A DNA stretch of 64,000 bases. Origin: Alphaproteobacteria bacterium (GTDB lineage: Bacteria; Pseudomonadota; Alphaproteobacteria; GCA-2731375). Shown one piece after another: positions 22,062 through 31,832 of the stretch; the first letter of the stretch is position 1; the number at the start of each line of letters is the position of its first letter. Position numbers and translations under genes: made by a program. The notes under the pieces were generated by a model. The model made no database searches and was not told where the DNA came from. It saw only the letters and a program-made list of their open reading frames with translations. Where the stretch lies: NCBI GenBank assembly GCA_965225945.1, contig CBDDBZ010000019.1, positions 1 through 64,000 of the forward strand, written 5' to 3'.

Positions 22062-23129
22062 GTTCAGCCAGGAGGCGCTGGTGGGTGTGAAATGGGCCTG
22101 CCAGCGCGGCCGTTTGGCGAACCAGTCGCGGATCGCCTTGGTCTTGTGGGTCCCGTAGTTGTCCATGACGATGTGGATGTCGAGATCAGCAGGGACGTTC
22201 GCCTCGACGAGGTCGAGGAATTTGCGGAACTCTCGGGCCCGATGGCGCGGGAAACATTTGCCGATGATCTCTCCCGTGGCGATGTCGAGGGCCGCGAAGA
22301 GAGAGGTCGTGCCGTGGCGCTTGTAGTCGTGGCTGCGCCGCTCCGCCTGCCCGGGGCGCATCGGCAAGAGGGGCTGGGAACGGTCCAAGGCCTGGATCTG
22401 GCTCTTTTCGTCGACACAGAGAACCAGGGCACGATCCGGCGGCGCCAAATACAGACCGACGATGTCGCGGACCTTCTCCACGAAGAAGGGATCGCTCGAC
22501 AGCTTGAAGGTCTCCGAGCGATGCGGCTGCAAGCCGAAGGCCCGCCAAATGCGATGAATGGTCGAGGGCGCGTTGCCGCTCGCCCGCGCCATCGAGCGAA
22601 GGCTCCAATGGGTCGCGTCCGGCGGCGTCTCTTCCAGCGTCAGCCGGACCGCTTCCGCGATGGCGTCATCGCCGATTTGACGCGGCGCGCCGGGGCGGGG
22701 TTCGTCGTACAGACCGTCGAGGCCCTCCGCCGCATAGCGGCGACGCCACTTGCCCACGGTGTCCGCGCTCGCCTCGAGACGAACGGCGATCTCCTTGTTC
22801 TCCAACCCTTCCGCCGCCGCCAAGACGATCCGAGCCCGCCGCGCAAGCCCCTGCGACGTCTTGCGACGACGAGACAGCGCCTCCAATTCGGCGCGCTCGT
22901 CATCGCTCAAAGAGATCGTCACCGCCACTCTCGCCATCAATCGCGCCTCCTGAAAACAAATAGAGATATAATCATATCAATTTATCGATCAGGACACCAG
23001 TGCATGATACCCTGGCGAGTGACCCAGAGGAGGAGCGGGGCGATCGAGACCGATGTCCATTGGTTTCACGCCACTCGATGACCTTCCGACGAAAAAATAT
23101 GGTCTCGCCTCGTTGAAAGCGAAATTGCG

Positions 23130-23885
23130 GTGTCCCTGAAGCGGATTCGATTCCCTTGGCCCGACGGCGCGGCACGGATCGTCGCGATCCTCCTCGTCTC
23201 GCTTCTCTCCGCATGCACGCCGATCGAGCCGAAACCGAGCGGGTCGCGCCCGCCAACGCCGAGCAAAACCGAAACGACCGACGTCTTGAACGTCGGCACC
23301 GCGATCATGGACGGTTGGCGCCACCTGCCGCTGCGGGGCAGCACGTCCTACGGAATCGTCGCCATGGACGGGACCTTGGTGCTGCGCGCCGAGGGGCGAA
23401 ACTCGGCCTCGGGCCTGCTCCGACGGGTCGAGATCGATCCGGAGGAATGTCCGCATCTGGAATGGTCCTGGCGGGTCGACGCGATGCAGGCGCAAGCGGA
23501 TCTCGAGGTCAAGGAGCGCGAAGACGTCGCGGCTTCGATCATGCTGTTGTTCGGGGATCCGGGGTTCCTTTCCAACCCGGACCCCGTGCCGACGGTGCGC
23601 TACGTCTGGACAAACGAGGCGACGCCGAAAGGCCGAATCGTCGACAGTCCCTACCTCCCGGGCGTGGTGCGGAGCATCGTTCTCGAAAGCGGGATGGGGC
23701 GCGCTCGAACCTGGAAAATCGAGCGCCGCGACATCCGGCGCGATTTCGAAACGGCCTTCGGCCGCCCACCCGACGACAAGGTCCATGCCGTGGTGCTGTT
23801 CACCGACAACGATCAGACCAAGCAAAAAGTCGTGGCCTATTACGGCTGGATTCGGAGCCTGTGCCGAGCGCCGGCCGACGGCTGA
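23130..23885 (+). CDS. DUF3047-like lipoprotein
   Basis: Lipobox LSAC; LEWSWRVD, RYVWT and LFTDND motifs. Confidence 0.8.
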   Translation: MSLKRIRFPWPDGAARIVAILLVSLLSACTPIEPKPSGSRPPTPSKTETTDVLNVGTAIMDGWRHLPLRGSTSYGIVAMDGTLVLRAEGRNSASGLLRRVEIDPEECPHLEWSWRVDAMQAQADLEVKEREDVAASIMLLFGDPGFLSNPDPVPTVRYVWTNEATPKGRIVDSPYLPGVVRSIVLESGMGRARTWKIERRDIRRDFETAFGRPPDDKVHAVVLFTDNDQTKQKVVAYYGWIRSLCRAPADG

Positions 23886-23897
23886 AGGACCGTCCGC

Positions 23898-24461
23898 CTA
23901 ATTGATCCTGAACGCCGCGATCACCAGGACGTCCCGCACCGCTTTGTTGCGAGTGGTGTCCCGGACGATCTTCAGCATGCGGCCCTTGACCTCCGCCAAG
24001 TCGAAGCGGGAGTTGTCGTCCAGGCGCTTGATGGGGATTTGGTGCAACTCGCGCAGCATGGCGTCGCGCAGGCGCGGCATGAAACGTGCCACCGTCTCCT
24101 TCTCGGTCTGATCCGAGATCTCGATCGAAAGCGTCAACAGCACGTTGAAGAGCACCCGGTTGCCCTGAATCACCGGGGCGGCGAGCGGCTTCAGTTCGAT
24201 ATAGGTGGCGGCTTGCACCGGTTCGGGCTCGGCCTCGGGCTCGGGCTCGACCTTGGCCTCGACCTCGACCTCGACCTTGGCCTCGGCCTCGACCTCGGCC
24301 TTGGCCTCGTCGTCGCCACCGTCGCTGCCGCCGACGATACCGAGAGCGAAGAGCGCGCCGGCCCCACCGCCGCCGAACAGCAGCAGTCCCGACACGGCCA
24401 GGATCAGTAGCCTCTTGTTCACGGGCCTCGGCTCCGATGCGACGGCGGTGCGTCCCGTCAT
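23898..24461 (-). CDS. fliL: FliL-family protein with acidic low-complexity linker
   Basis: N-terminal TM with GGGGAG; YIELKPL and MPRLRDAML motifs. Confidence 0.7.
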   Translation of the reverse strand: MTGRTAVASEPRPVNKRLLILAVSGLLLFGGGGAGALFALGIVGGSDGGDDEAKAEVEAEAKVEVEVEAKVEPEPEAEPEPVQAATYIELKPLAAPVIQGNRVLFNVLLTLSIEISDQTEKETVARFMPRLRDAMLRELHQIPIKRLDDNSRFDLAEVKGRMLKIVRDTTRNKAVRDVLVIAAFRIN

Positions 24462-24496
24462 TCACGACCCTGCCATGAATGCCGTTACCAGAAGGT

Positions 24497-25471
24497 TTAC
24501 GCGGGCTCGCGCTCGCCGTCCCGGAAATGGCGCCACCCCGCCCGCCGGATTTCGAGCGGCCGGCCGGCCTCGTCCAGCGCGACCACCCCCTCTCCCGCTT
24601 CGACCCTCCCGATTTCGGTGAAGGCCGCATCCACCGCCTCGCCGGCAGGGGCCGACACCAGCAACTCGTAATCGTCCCCGCCGCCCATCACCCCATCCCA
24701 GAGCGCCGGATCCGCCGCCACCGCGCGCGCGGCCGGGGCCGAGAGCGGCAGCCGCCCCCGCTCCACCACCAGGCGGACGCCGGACGCTCGCGCCATGTGA
24801 CCCGCGTCCTGAATCAACCCGTCGGAGACGTCCATCGCCGCGCTGGCGAGGCCGACCAGGCCCAGGCCCAGCGCGATCCGAGGTTCGGGCAGCCGGTAGC
24901 GCCCCGCCAAGGCCTCCCGGTCCTCGGGCACGAGCAGGCCGTCCAATTCTCCCCGCGCCGCCTTCAATCCCAAGGCGCCATCGCCGAGGCTACCGGTGAG
25001 GTACAGCCGCTCGCCCGGCCGCGCGCCGTCGCGGCGAAGCGCCCGGCCCGCCGCCACCCGGCCCAGAAGCGTCGCCGTGAAGCTCACCGGCCCCGGGGTC
25101 GAGACCGTGTCGCCGCCCAGCAGCGAAAGGCCGAACTCCGCCTGATCGATCGCCAGCCCGCGGGCGAATTCGGCGACCCAAGCCTCGTCCACCGCCCCCG
25201 ACCAAGCCGTGGTCAAGAGATACCCGAAGGGCCTGGCGCCCATGCCCGCGAGGTCCGAGAGATTGACCCTGAGCAGCTTCCGCGCCACCAGGTCCGGCGG
25301 ATCGTCGTGGAGGAAATGCACGCCCTGGACCATGGCGTCGACCGTGACCACGATCTCCTCGCCCGTCTCGGCCTCGATCAGCGCGGCGTCGTCCAACAGG
25401 GCGAGCGCCCCCGGCGCCGTCGCCAGGGGGGCGAAGTGGCGATGGATCAGCTCGAACTCGCCCGCCCTCAT
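24497..25471 (-). CDS. thiL: Thiamine-monophosphate kinase
   Basis: GEFELI, DDAA, NLSDLAGMGARP, DVSDGL and GGDDYELL motifs. Confidence 0.95.
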   Translation of the reverse strand: MRAGEFELIHRHFAPLATAPGALALLDDAALIEAETGEEIVVTVDAMVQGVHFLHDDPPDLVARKLLRVNLSDLAGMGARPFGYLLTTAWSGAVDEAWVAEFARGLAIDQAEFGLSLLGGDTVSTPGPVSFTATLLGRVAAGRALRRDGARPGERLYLTGSLGDGALGLKAARGELDGLLVPEDREALAGRYRLPEPRIALGLGLVGLASAAMDVSDGLIQDAGHMARASGVRLVVERGRLPLSAPAARAVAADPALWDGVMGGGDDYELLVSAPAGEAVDAAFTEIGRVEAGEGVVALDEAGRPLEIRRAGWRHFRDGEREPA

Positions 25472-25962
25472 CGCCCGCCGTTCCGGGGGTCCGGTTCGAA
25501 CTCCTCCCGCCTCAGGGTCCGGGCGATGCGGTCCAACACCGCGTTGGCGAACTTCGGCTCCTCGCCCGAGAAATAGGCGTGGGTCGCCTCGACATATTCG
25601 TTGATGGTCGCGCGGACCGGCACGTCCGGGCGCAGCAGCAGCTCGTAGACGCCACAGCGCAGTATCGCGCGGAGCACCGATTCCAGTCGCTCCAGCCGCC
25701 ACGAGGGGCTGAGCGCGCCGGCGATCCGCTCGTCGACCTCCGCCCGCCGGCGACAGGCGCCCCGCACCAAGTCGGCAAAGAAGTCACCGTCCATTTGGAG
25801 CGTGGTCTCGCATTCGAGCGTCGCGCCCTGGCGGTGACGCAGGAACTCCAGGATCGTGCCCTCGGCCTCGGTGGCCGCGAGCTCGATCTGATAGAGCGCC
25901 TGCACGGCGGCGAGACGCGCGGCGTGGCGCGGGCCGGGCGAGGTCTCCCGGCCCTCCGTCAT
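25468..25962 (-). CDS. nusB: Transcription antitermination factor NusB
   Basis: ARLAAVQALYQ, INEYVE and FANAVLD motifs. Confidence 0.95.
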   Translation of the reverse strand: MTEGRETSPGPRHAARLAAVQALYQIELAATEAEGTILEFLRHRQGATLECETTLQMDGDFFADLVRGACRRRAEVDERIAGALSPSWRLERLESVLRAILRCGVYELLLRPDVPVRATINEYVEATHAYFSGEEPKFANAVLDRIARTLRREEFEPDPRNGGR

Positions 25963-26423
25963 CGGGGGTGGAAACCGAAATGGCGCTTGAGGTCGATCAT
26001 GCGGAGCGCCGCCCGCGCGGCAACCGCGCCCTTGTTCCTGCCGTCGACCCGGGCCCGCTGCCAGGCCTGCTCGCGGGTCTCGGTGGTGAGGATGCCGTAG
26101 CCGAGCGCGATGGTGTATTGCAGCGAGAGATCCATCAGCGCTCGGGCGCTCTGGCCGCAGATATAGTCGTAATGCGTGGTCTCGCCCCGAATGACGCAGC
26201 CGAGGGCGATATAGGCATCGTAGCGCCGGCGCGCGCCCACCAGATGCATGCCCTTGATGGCGAAGCGGATCGCCGCCGGGAGCTCGAAAGCGCCCGGCAC
26301 CGACACTCGCTCGTGGGTGGCGCCCGCGCCCTCCAGTTCGGCGATCGCGCCCTTGACCAACTCGTCCGCGATATCCTCGTAGAACCGCGCCTCGACGATC
26401 AGCACGTGAAGGGTGTCGTCCAT
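25959..26423 (-). CDS. ribH: 6,7-dimethyl-8-ribityllumazine synthase
   Basis: VPGAFELP and GCVIRGETTHYD motifs. Confidence 0.96.
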   Translation of the reverse strand: MDDTLHVLIVEARFYEDIADELVKGAIAELEGAGATHERVSVPGAFELPAAIRFAIKGMHLVGARRRYDAYIALGCVIRGETTHYDYICGQSARALMDLSLQYTIALGYGILTTETREQAWQRARVDGRNKGAVAARAALRMIDLKRHFGFHPR

Positions 26424-26435
26424 TGCCGGCCTCCC

Positions 26436-27551
26436 TCAGCTCTCGTCGATCGGGATCTTGCGGCTGCCGACGACCCTCAGGCCGTAGCCGTCGAGGCCCC
26501 GGATGTCGTAATTGGTGTTGGTCAGGAGTTCCAGCTCCTTGACGCCGAGATCGGAGAGAATCTGCGCCCCGATACCGTAGTCGCGGAGCCTCACCTGGGT
26601 GTCGACCGGCTGGCCCACCTTGCGCCGAACCCTTTCCGAGACCGCGGTCGGCAGCGCCTCGCGGATCAGCACGACGACGCCGCGCTCCTCCTCGCTCAAC
26701 ATCCGCATCGCCGCTTGCAGCAGCCCCGCCTTCCCCGCCTTGTCACCCAGCACGTCGCTCAGCACGTCGAGCGCGTGCATCCGCACCGGCACCGGTCCCG
26801 GCGCCGCGACGTCGCCCTTCACCAGGGCCACGTGTTCCGAATAGGCGACCGTGTTGACGTAGACGATTAGGCGGAACGGGCCGCCGTGGATGCTGTCGAG
26901 CTCCGCCTCCACCTCGCGCACGACATAGGTCTCCGTCGCCCGGCGGTATTGGATCAGGTCGGCGATGGCGCCGATCTTGATCCCGTGGAACTGGGCGAAT
27001 TTCACCAGATCGGGCATCCGCGCCATGGTGCCGTCGTCGTTCATGATCTCGCAGATCACGCCGGCCGGCGCCAGTCCGGCGAGACGCGCGATGTCGACCG
27101 CCGCCTCGGTGTGCCCGGCACGGACCAGCACGCCCCCCTCCCGCGCCAGCAAGGGGAAGACGTGGCCCGGCGTCGCGATCTCGGCTGGGCCGCTCTCGGG
27201 ATCGATGGCGACCTCGACGGTGCGGGCGCGATCGGCGGCGGAGATGCCGGTGGTGATGCCATGGCGCGCCTCGATCGAGGTGGTGAACGCGGTGGCGTGG
27301 CGGGCCTCGTTGCGCCGGCTCATCAGGTCGAGACCGAGCCCCCGAATTCGGTCCTCGGTCATCGCCAGGCAAATCAGGCCGCGCCCGTGCATGGCCATGA
27401 AGTTGACCGCCTGCGCATCGGCCATCTCCGCCGGAATGACGAGATCGCCCTCGTTCTCCCGGTCCTGGTCGTCGACCAGGATGAACATCCGGCCCTTGCG
27501 AGCATCCTCCACGATCTCCTCGACACTCGACAGGTTCTCATGCTCAGTCAT
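26436..27551 (-). CDS. ribB: 3,4-dihydroxy-2-butanone-4-phosphate synthase fused to a degenerate GTP cyclohydrolase II domain
   Basis: DRENEGD, GISAADR, RAGHTEA and RDYGIGAQIL motifs; GCHII zinc cysteines absent. Confidence 0.93.
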   Translation of the reverse strand: MTEHENLSSVEEIVEDARKGRMFILVDDQDRENEGDLVIPAEMADAQAVNFMAMHGRGLICLAMTEDRIRGLGLDLMSRRNEARHATAFTTSIEARHGITTGISAADRARTVEVAIDPESGPAEIATPGHVFPLLAREGGVLVRAGHTEAAVDIARLAGLAPAGVICEIMNDDGTMARMPDLVKFAQFHGIKIGAIADLIQYRRATETYVVREVEAELDSIHGGPFRLIVYVNTVAYSEHVALVKGDVAAPGPVPVRMHALDVLSDVLGDKAGKAGLLQAAMRMLSEEERGVVVLIREALPTAVSERVRRKVGQPVDTQVRLRDYGIGAQILSDLGVKELELLTNTNYDIRGLDGYGLRVVGSRKIPIDES

Positions 27552-28137
27552 CTGGCACCTCCACCAAACGTGCCACGTAGCGCGCGAGAACGTCGATTTC
27601 CAGGTTGACGTGGTCGCCGACGGCGAGCCCTTCGAAGGTCGTGACCTGCCGCGTGTGGGGAATGACGTTGACCCCGAAGCGGGTGCTCTCGACCTCGTTC
27701 ACCGTCAACGATACACCGTCCAAGCAGACCGAGCCCTTGGGCGCGATGAAGCGGGCGAGCGCCGCCGGCACCTCGAAGAGGTAGCGGAGCGAATCCCCCT
27801 CCGCCCGACACTCGACGATTTCCGCGACGCCGTCGATATGGCCCGAGACGATGTGACCGCCCAACTCGTCGCCGACCTTGAGCGCCCGCTCCAGGTTGGC
27901 GCGGTCGCCGGGCCGCCACCCACCGAGCTTGGTCTTGGAAAGCGTCTCGGCCGAGGCCGTGACGTCGAACCAGTCCTCGCCGAGCGCCACCACCGTAAGG
28001 CAGGCGCCATCACAAGAGATGGAGGCGCCGATCTCGATGCCGGCGGTATCGTATGCGGTCTCGATCCGGAATCGGGTGTCGCCACCCGGGGTGATATCCT
28101 TGATCCGACCGACGTCGGTGACAATGCCTGTGAACAT
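27544..28137 (-). CDS. ribE: Riboflavin synthase
   Basis: MFTGI N-terminus; NLERAL and GGHIVSGH motifs. Confidence 0.96.
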   Translation of the reverse strand: MFTGIVTDVGRIKDITPGGDTRFRIETAYDTAGIEIGASISCDGACLTVVALGEDWFDVTASAETLSKTKLGGWRPGDRANLERALKVGDELGGHIVSGHIDGVAEIVECRAEGDSLRYLFEVPAALARFIAPKGSVCLDGVSLTVNEVESTRFGVNVIPHTRQVTTFEGLAVGDHVNLEIDVLARYVARLVEVPDD

Positions 28138-28146
28138 GTCCCTTTA

Positions 28147-29256
28147 TTATGTCGTCGGCGCGAAGGATTCCAGTAGATCGTCGCCGAGCCGCAGCGCGCC
28201 GCGCCGCGCCCAAGCGCCGACGTCCGCCATGCTCTCGACCCCCAGCTCGCCGAGCGCGGCCAGCCCATCCTCGCCGATCAGCGAGGGGGCCCGGAACCAT
28301 TCGATGCGATCGACCAGTTTGGCGCGCAGTAACGCCGTGGCGAGACCGCGTCCCCCTTCCACCATCGCGCGCGTGATCCCGCGCAAGCCGAGGGCGCGGA
28401 GCGCGGCTTCGAGATCGACGTGGCCAGCGCCATCGCCGGCTACCTCGATGAGCTCGACGCCGCGCGAGGCGAGCGCCGCGCGCGCATCGCCGCCGCCGCC
28501 CCGCGTCAGGACCCAGGTCGAGGTTTCGCCCGCGGTCCGGGCGAGCTGGCTGTCAGCCGGCAGGCGGCACGCGCCATCGACCACGACGCGGACGGGCGAG
28601 CGTCGTTCCAGGCCCGGCAGGCGACAGGTGAGCGCGGGATCATCGGCAAGCGCCGTGCCGGAGCCGATCAGAATCGCGTCGTGGCGCGCCCGCATCAAAT
28701 GCGCATGCGCCCGCGCGGCCTCGCCGGTGATCCATCGGCTGGCGCCGGTCCGGCTCGCCATCCGCCCGTCGAGCGTCGTCGCCAGCTTCAGGGTGACGAA
28801 CGGCCGGCCCCTTTCGCGCGCCATGATAAAGCCGGCGTTGAGCTCGCGCGCCTCCGCCTCCAGCACGCCGACCTCGACCTCGATGCCGGCCTCGCGCAAG
28901 CGTCGGATACCGCCACCATGCACGCGCGGGTCCGGATCCTCCGTGGCGACCACTACGCGCGCGACACCGGCCTCGATCAGCGCCTCGGCGCAAGGTGGTG
29001 TCTGGCCATGATGGTTGCAGGGCTCCAACGTCACATGGGCACTCGCCCCTCGGGCAGAGGCGCCGGCGCGGGCCAACGCTTCGAGTTCGGCATGGGGGCG
29101 GCCACCCGGTTGCGTCCAGCCTCGCCCGACCAGGCGCCCGTCCCCCGTCAACACACAGCCGACCGCCGGGTTGGGCCAGACGTTCCCCAGTCCGCGGTCC
29201 GCCAGCGCCAGCGCGTGGCGCATCAGCGACACATCGTCGCGTTCAGGCGTTGCCAT
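28147..29256 (-). CDS. ribD: Bifunctional riboflavin deaminase/reductase
   Basis: [23 protein letters not shown] and VEGG motifs. Confidence 0.96.
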   Translation of the reverse strand: MATPERDDVSLMRHALALADRGLGNVWPNPAVGCVLTGDGRLVGRGWTQPGGRPHAELEALARAGASARGASAHVTLEPCNHHGQTPPCAEALIEAGVARVVVATEDPDPRVHGGGIRRLREAGIEVEVGVLEAEARELNAGFIMARERGRPFVTLKLATTLDGRMASRTGASRWITGEAARAHAHLMRARHDAILIGSGTALADDPALTCRLPGLERRSPVRVVVDGACRLPADSQLARTAGETSTWVLTRGGGGDARAALASRGVELIEVAGDGAGHVDLEAALRALGLRGITRAMVEGGRGLATALLRAKLVDRIEWFRAPSLIGEDGLAALGELGVESMADVGAWARRGALRLGDDLLESFAPTT

Positions 29257-29728
29257 CCGGCTCTTGTACGTCACGCTCGTCGGCGCCGAGCCCCTCGAGG
29301 AAATCCTCGAAATCCTTGGCCTCGCGGAAGTTACGATAAACCGAGGCGAAGCGGACATAGGCCACCTGATCGAGGCCGGCGAGCGCGTCCATGACCATTT
29401 CGCCGATCCGGGCCGATGAAACCTCGCTCTCGCCGGTGCTCTCCAGGCGACGCTGGATGCCGTTCACCACGCGGTCGATCCGTTCCGGCTCCACCGGCCG
29501 GCGACGGGTGGCGATCAAGATCGAGCGCAGGAGCTTGTCGCGATCGAAGGGGACGCGCTGGCCGCCGGACTTCAGCACCGCCAGCTCGCGGAGCTGGACG
29601 CGTTCGAAGGTGGTGAAGCGCGAGGCGCATTCGGGACAGGCGCGGCGGCGCCGGATCGCGGCGTTCTCTTCGGCGGGCCGCGAATCCTTGACCTGCGTGT
29701 CGCCATGGCCGCAGAACGGACAGCGCAT
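29243..29728 (-). CDS. nrdR: Transcriptional regulator NrdR
   Basis: MRCPFC, RRRRAC..C..RFTTFER and AYVRFASVY motifs. Confidence 0.96.
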   Translation of the reverse strand: MRCPFCGHGDTQVKDSRPAEENAAIRRRRACPECASRFTTFERVQLRELAVLKSGGQRVPFDRDKLLRSILIATRRRPVEPERIDRVVNGIQRRLESTGESEVSSARIGEMVMDALAGLDQVAYVRFASVYRNFREAKDFEDFLEGLGADERDVQEPDGNA

Positions 29729-30026
29729 CTCTACTCTCCTCCAATAAGTCCCCTGTGAAGAAGTCCTTCGCTTCGCGTCACGTGTACTTTCCCACATTCT
29801 CGGAATTGCGAAACTGCGAAAATGCGGCCCGGGGCGGCCCGGCGCCGCATTTTCTTGTCTTTGTCGATTTGCGAGCTTCAGGGAAGACGTTGCCCAGAAG
29901 CTCGCAAATCCGCCTGCCGAACCGCCTCGAGGGCGGATTTGGTCGAATCAATCCGGGAAAAAGTACCCCGACGCGAAGCCTGGGGACTTTATTCACGATC
30001 GACCAATTATCGCGGACGACGCGGCC

Positions 30027-31337
30027 TCAATCCGTGCGCGCCGGATAGATCGGGTGGCGCGCACAAAGCGCCTCGACCTCGCGGCGGACGGCCTCGATCC
30101 GTTCGTTCTCCCGCCCGTCGCGGAGCGCGTCCAAGACCTCGGCGATCCAGACTGCGATCCCCTCGAAGTCATCAGCCGTGAAGCCGCGCGTCGTGCCGGC
30201 GGAGCTGCCGAGGCGGACGCCCGAGGTGATGGTCGGCTTCTCCGGATCGAACGGGACGCCGTTCTTGTTGCAGGTGATGCCGGCGCGTTCCAGCGCCACC
30301 TCGGCCGCGTTGCCCTTCAGGCCCTGGCGGCGCAGATCGACCAGCAGCAAGTGGGTGTCGGTGCCGCCCGACACGACGTCGTAGCCACGGGCCAGCAGCC
30401 TCGCCGCGAGCGCCCGGGCGTTAGCGACGACGGCGGCCGCGTAGCCGGCGAAGGACGGCTCCAGCGCCTCGGCGAAGGCGACCGCCTTGGCGGCGATCAC
30501 GTGCATCAGCGGCCCGCCCTGCAAGCCCGGGAAGAGCGCCGAGTCGATTCTGCGGCCGATCTCCGCGTCGTTGGCGAGGACCAATCCACCGCGGGGGCCG
30601 CGCAGTGTCTTGTGCGTGGTGGAGGTGACGACATGGGCGTGCGGCAGCGGGCTCGGATGCACGCCGCCGGCGACCAAGCCGGCGAAATGCGCCATGTCGA
30701 CCATCAGGTAGGCATCGACCGAGTTGGCGATCTCGCGGCAGCGGGCGAAGTCGATTTCACGCGGATAGGCAGAGCCGCCGGCGATGATGAGGCGCGGGCG
30801 ATGCGCACTTGCGAGGCGCGCCATTTGCTCGTAGTCGATCTGGCCGTCTTCCGGGCGAACGCCGTAGGCCACCGGCTCGAACCACTTGCCCGAAAGGTTG
30901 ACCTTGGCGCCGTGGGTCAGGTGTCCACCGGCCGAGAGAGCCATCCCCATAAACCGGTCACCCGGGCGCAGCAGCGCCAGGAAGACCGTCTGGTTCGCCT
31001 GGGCGCCCGAATGGGGCTGCACATTGGCGAAGGCGCAATCGAACAGACGACAGGCCCTCTCGATCGCCAGGCGTTCGACGACGTCGACATGCTCGCAGCC
31101 ACCGTAGTAGCGCCGGCCTGGGTAACCCTCGGCGTATTTGTTGGTGAGCAGCGAGCCCATGGCCTCCAGCACCGCGCGGCTGGCAATGTTTTCCGACGCG
31201 ATCAACTCGATCTGGCGATCCTGGCGGCCATATTCGGCCGCGATCACCGCCGCGACTTCCGGATCGACGCGCTCCAAGGGTTCGGCGAAGCGGCCGGAGA
31301 CCCGATCCGAAAGCTTGGCGGTGGCATTCAAGGTCAT
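30027..31337 (-). CDS. glyA: Serine hydroxymethyltransferase
   Basis: [27 protein letters not shown] and GGPLMH motifs. Confidence 0.97.
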   Translation of the reverse strand: MTLNATAKLSDRVSGRFAEPLERVDPEVAAVIAAEYGRQDRQIELIASENIASRAVLEAMGSLLTNKYAEGYPGRRYYGGCEHVDVVERLAIERACRLFDCAFANVQPHSGAQANQTVFLALLRPGDRFMGMALSAGGHLTHGAKVNLSGKWFEPVAYGVRPEDGQIDYEQMARLASAHRPRLIIAGGSAYPREIDFARCREIANSVDAYLMVDMAHFAGLVAGGVHPSPLPHAHVVTSTTHKTLRGPRGGLVLANDAEIGRRIDSALFPGLQGGPLMHVIAAKAVAFAEALEPSFAGYAAAVVANARALAARLLARGYDVVSGGTDTHLLLVDLRRQGLKGNAAEVALERAGITCNKNGVPFDPEKPTITSGVRLGSSAGTTRGFTADDFEGIAVWIAEVLDALRDGRENERIEAVRREVEALCARHPIYPARTD

Positions 31338-31439
31338 GCGATGGTCCCCGAATCGGACGTTTCGCCGGGCCCTCGTGCCGACCGGGTCCCGCCGTTCGTT
31401 CATACCATATGCTGAGGAGAGGCGCCAAGCGCCCACAAC

Positions 31440-31525
31440 TCCTCGGGCGGGGAAATCGACGAAATCGCCGGTGGTCGGCGACAAATCGTCGGCCTCGTAG
31501 AGTGCGACCTTCGCCTGTCACGTCG
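31440..31525 (-). promoter_or_regulatory. Possible ZMP/ZTP-riboswitch-like leader of glyA (degenerate)
   Basis: CGACGUGACAGGCGAAGGU...ACCACCGGCGA..CGUCG followed by a CGCC-containing loop; deviates from consensus. Confidence 0.3.
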
Positions 31526-31832
31526 GTGATTCGCCTGCCCAAGTGTTCCGTCGTGCTCGCCCGACTTCTCGGCATATACCTGTTAGGGTATTGAAAACAG
31601 ACGGAGATCCCGTATTTGCGGCGTCCCGGCCACGGTCGTTGGGCAGTCTCCCCCGGGCGGCGACGTCGGCGTTGCAATTGGCGGGGGCTTTTGGCATGTT
31701 CCGCGCCCGACGCGGCGACGCTCGTTCCGCCGCCGCGTCGCGCGCCGAATCGCGTTCCCCGAAGCAATGGCGTTCGCCCCACCAGGGCCACCTCGAGCCG
31801 ATCGAGGGAAATCGAAAACAAAGGATATCGTC

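Larger units (their letters stand above)
21055..23000 (-). mobile_element. IS630-family element (transposase 21055-22940) interrupted by the 753-bp cassette
   Basis: SASWLN|QVERWF is rejoined when the cassette is removed. Ends CTAGTGTCCCGAT and ATCAGGACACCAG. Confidence 0.9.

Noticed and set aside
29730-30026. FMN riboswitch upstream of the nrdR-rib operon
   Set aside because: No AGGGCGGGG / AAAUUCCC-ACCG / GUCCGGAUG-like FMN motifs were recognised.
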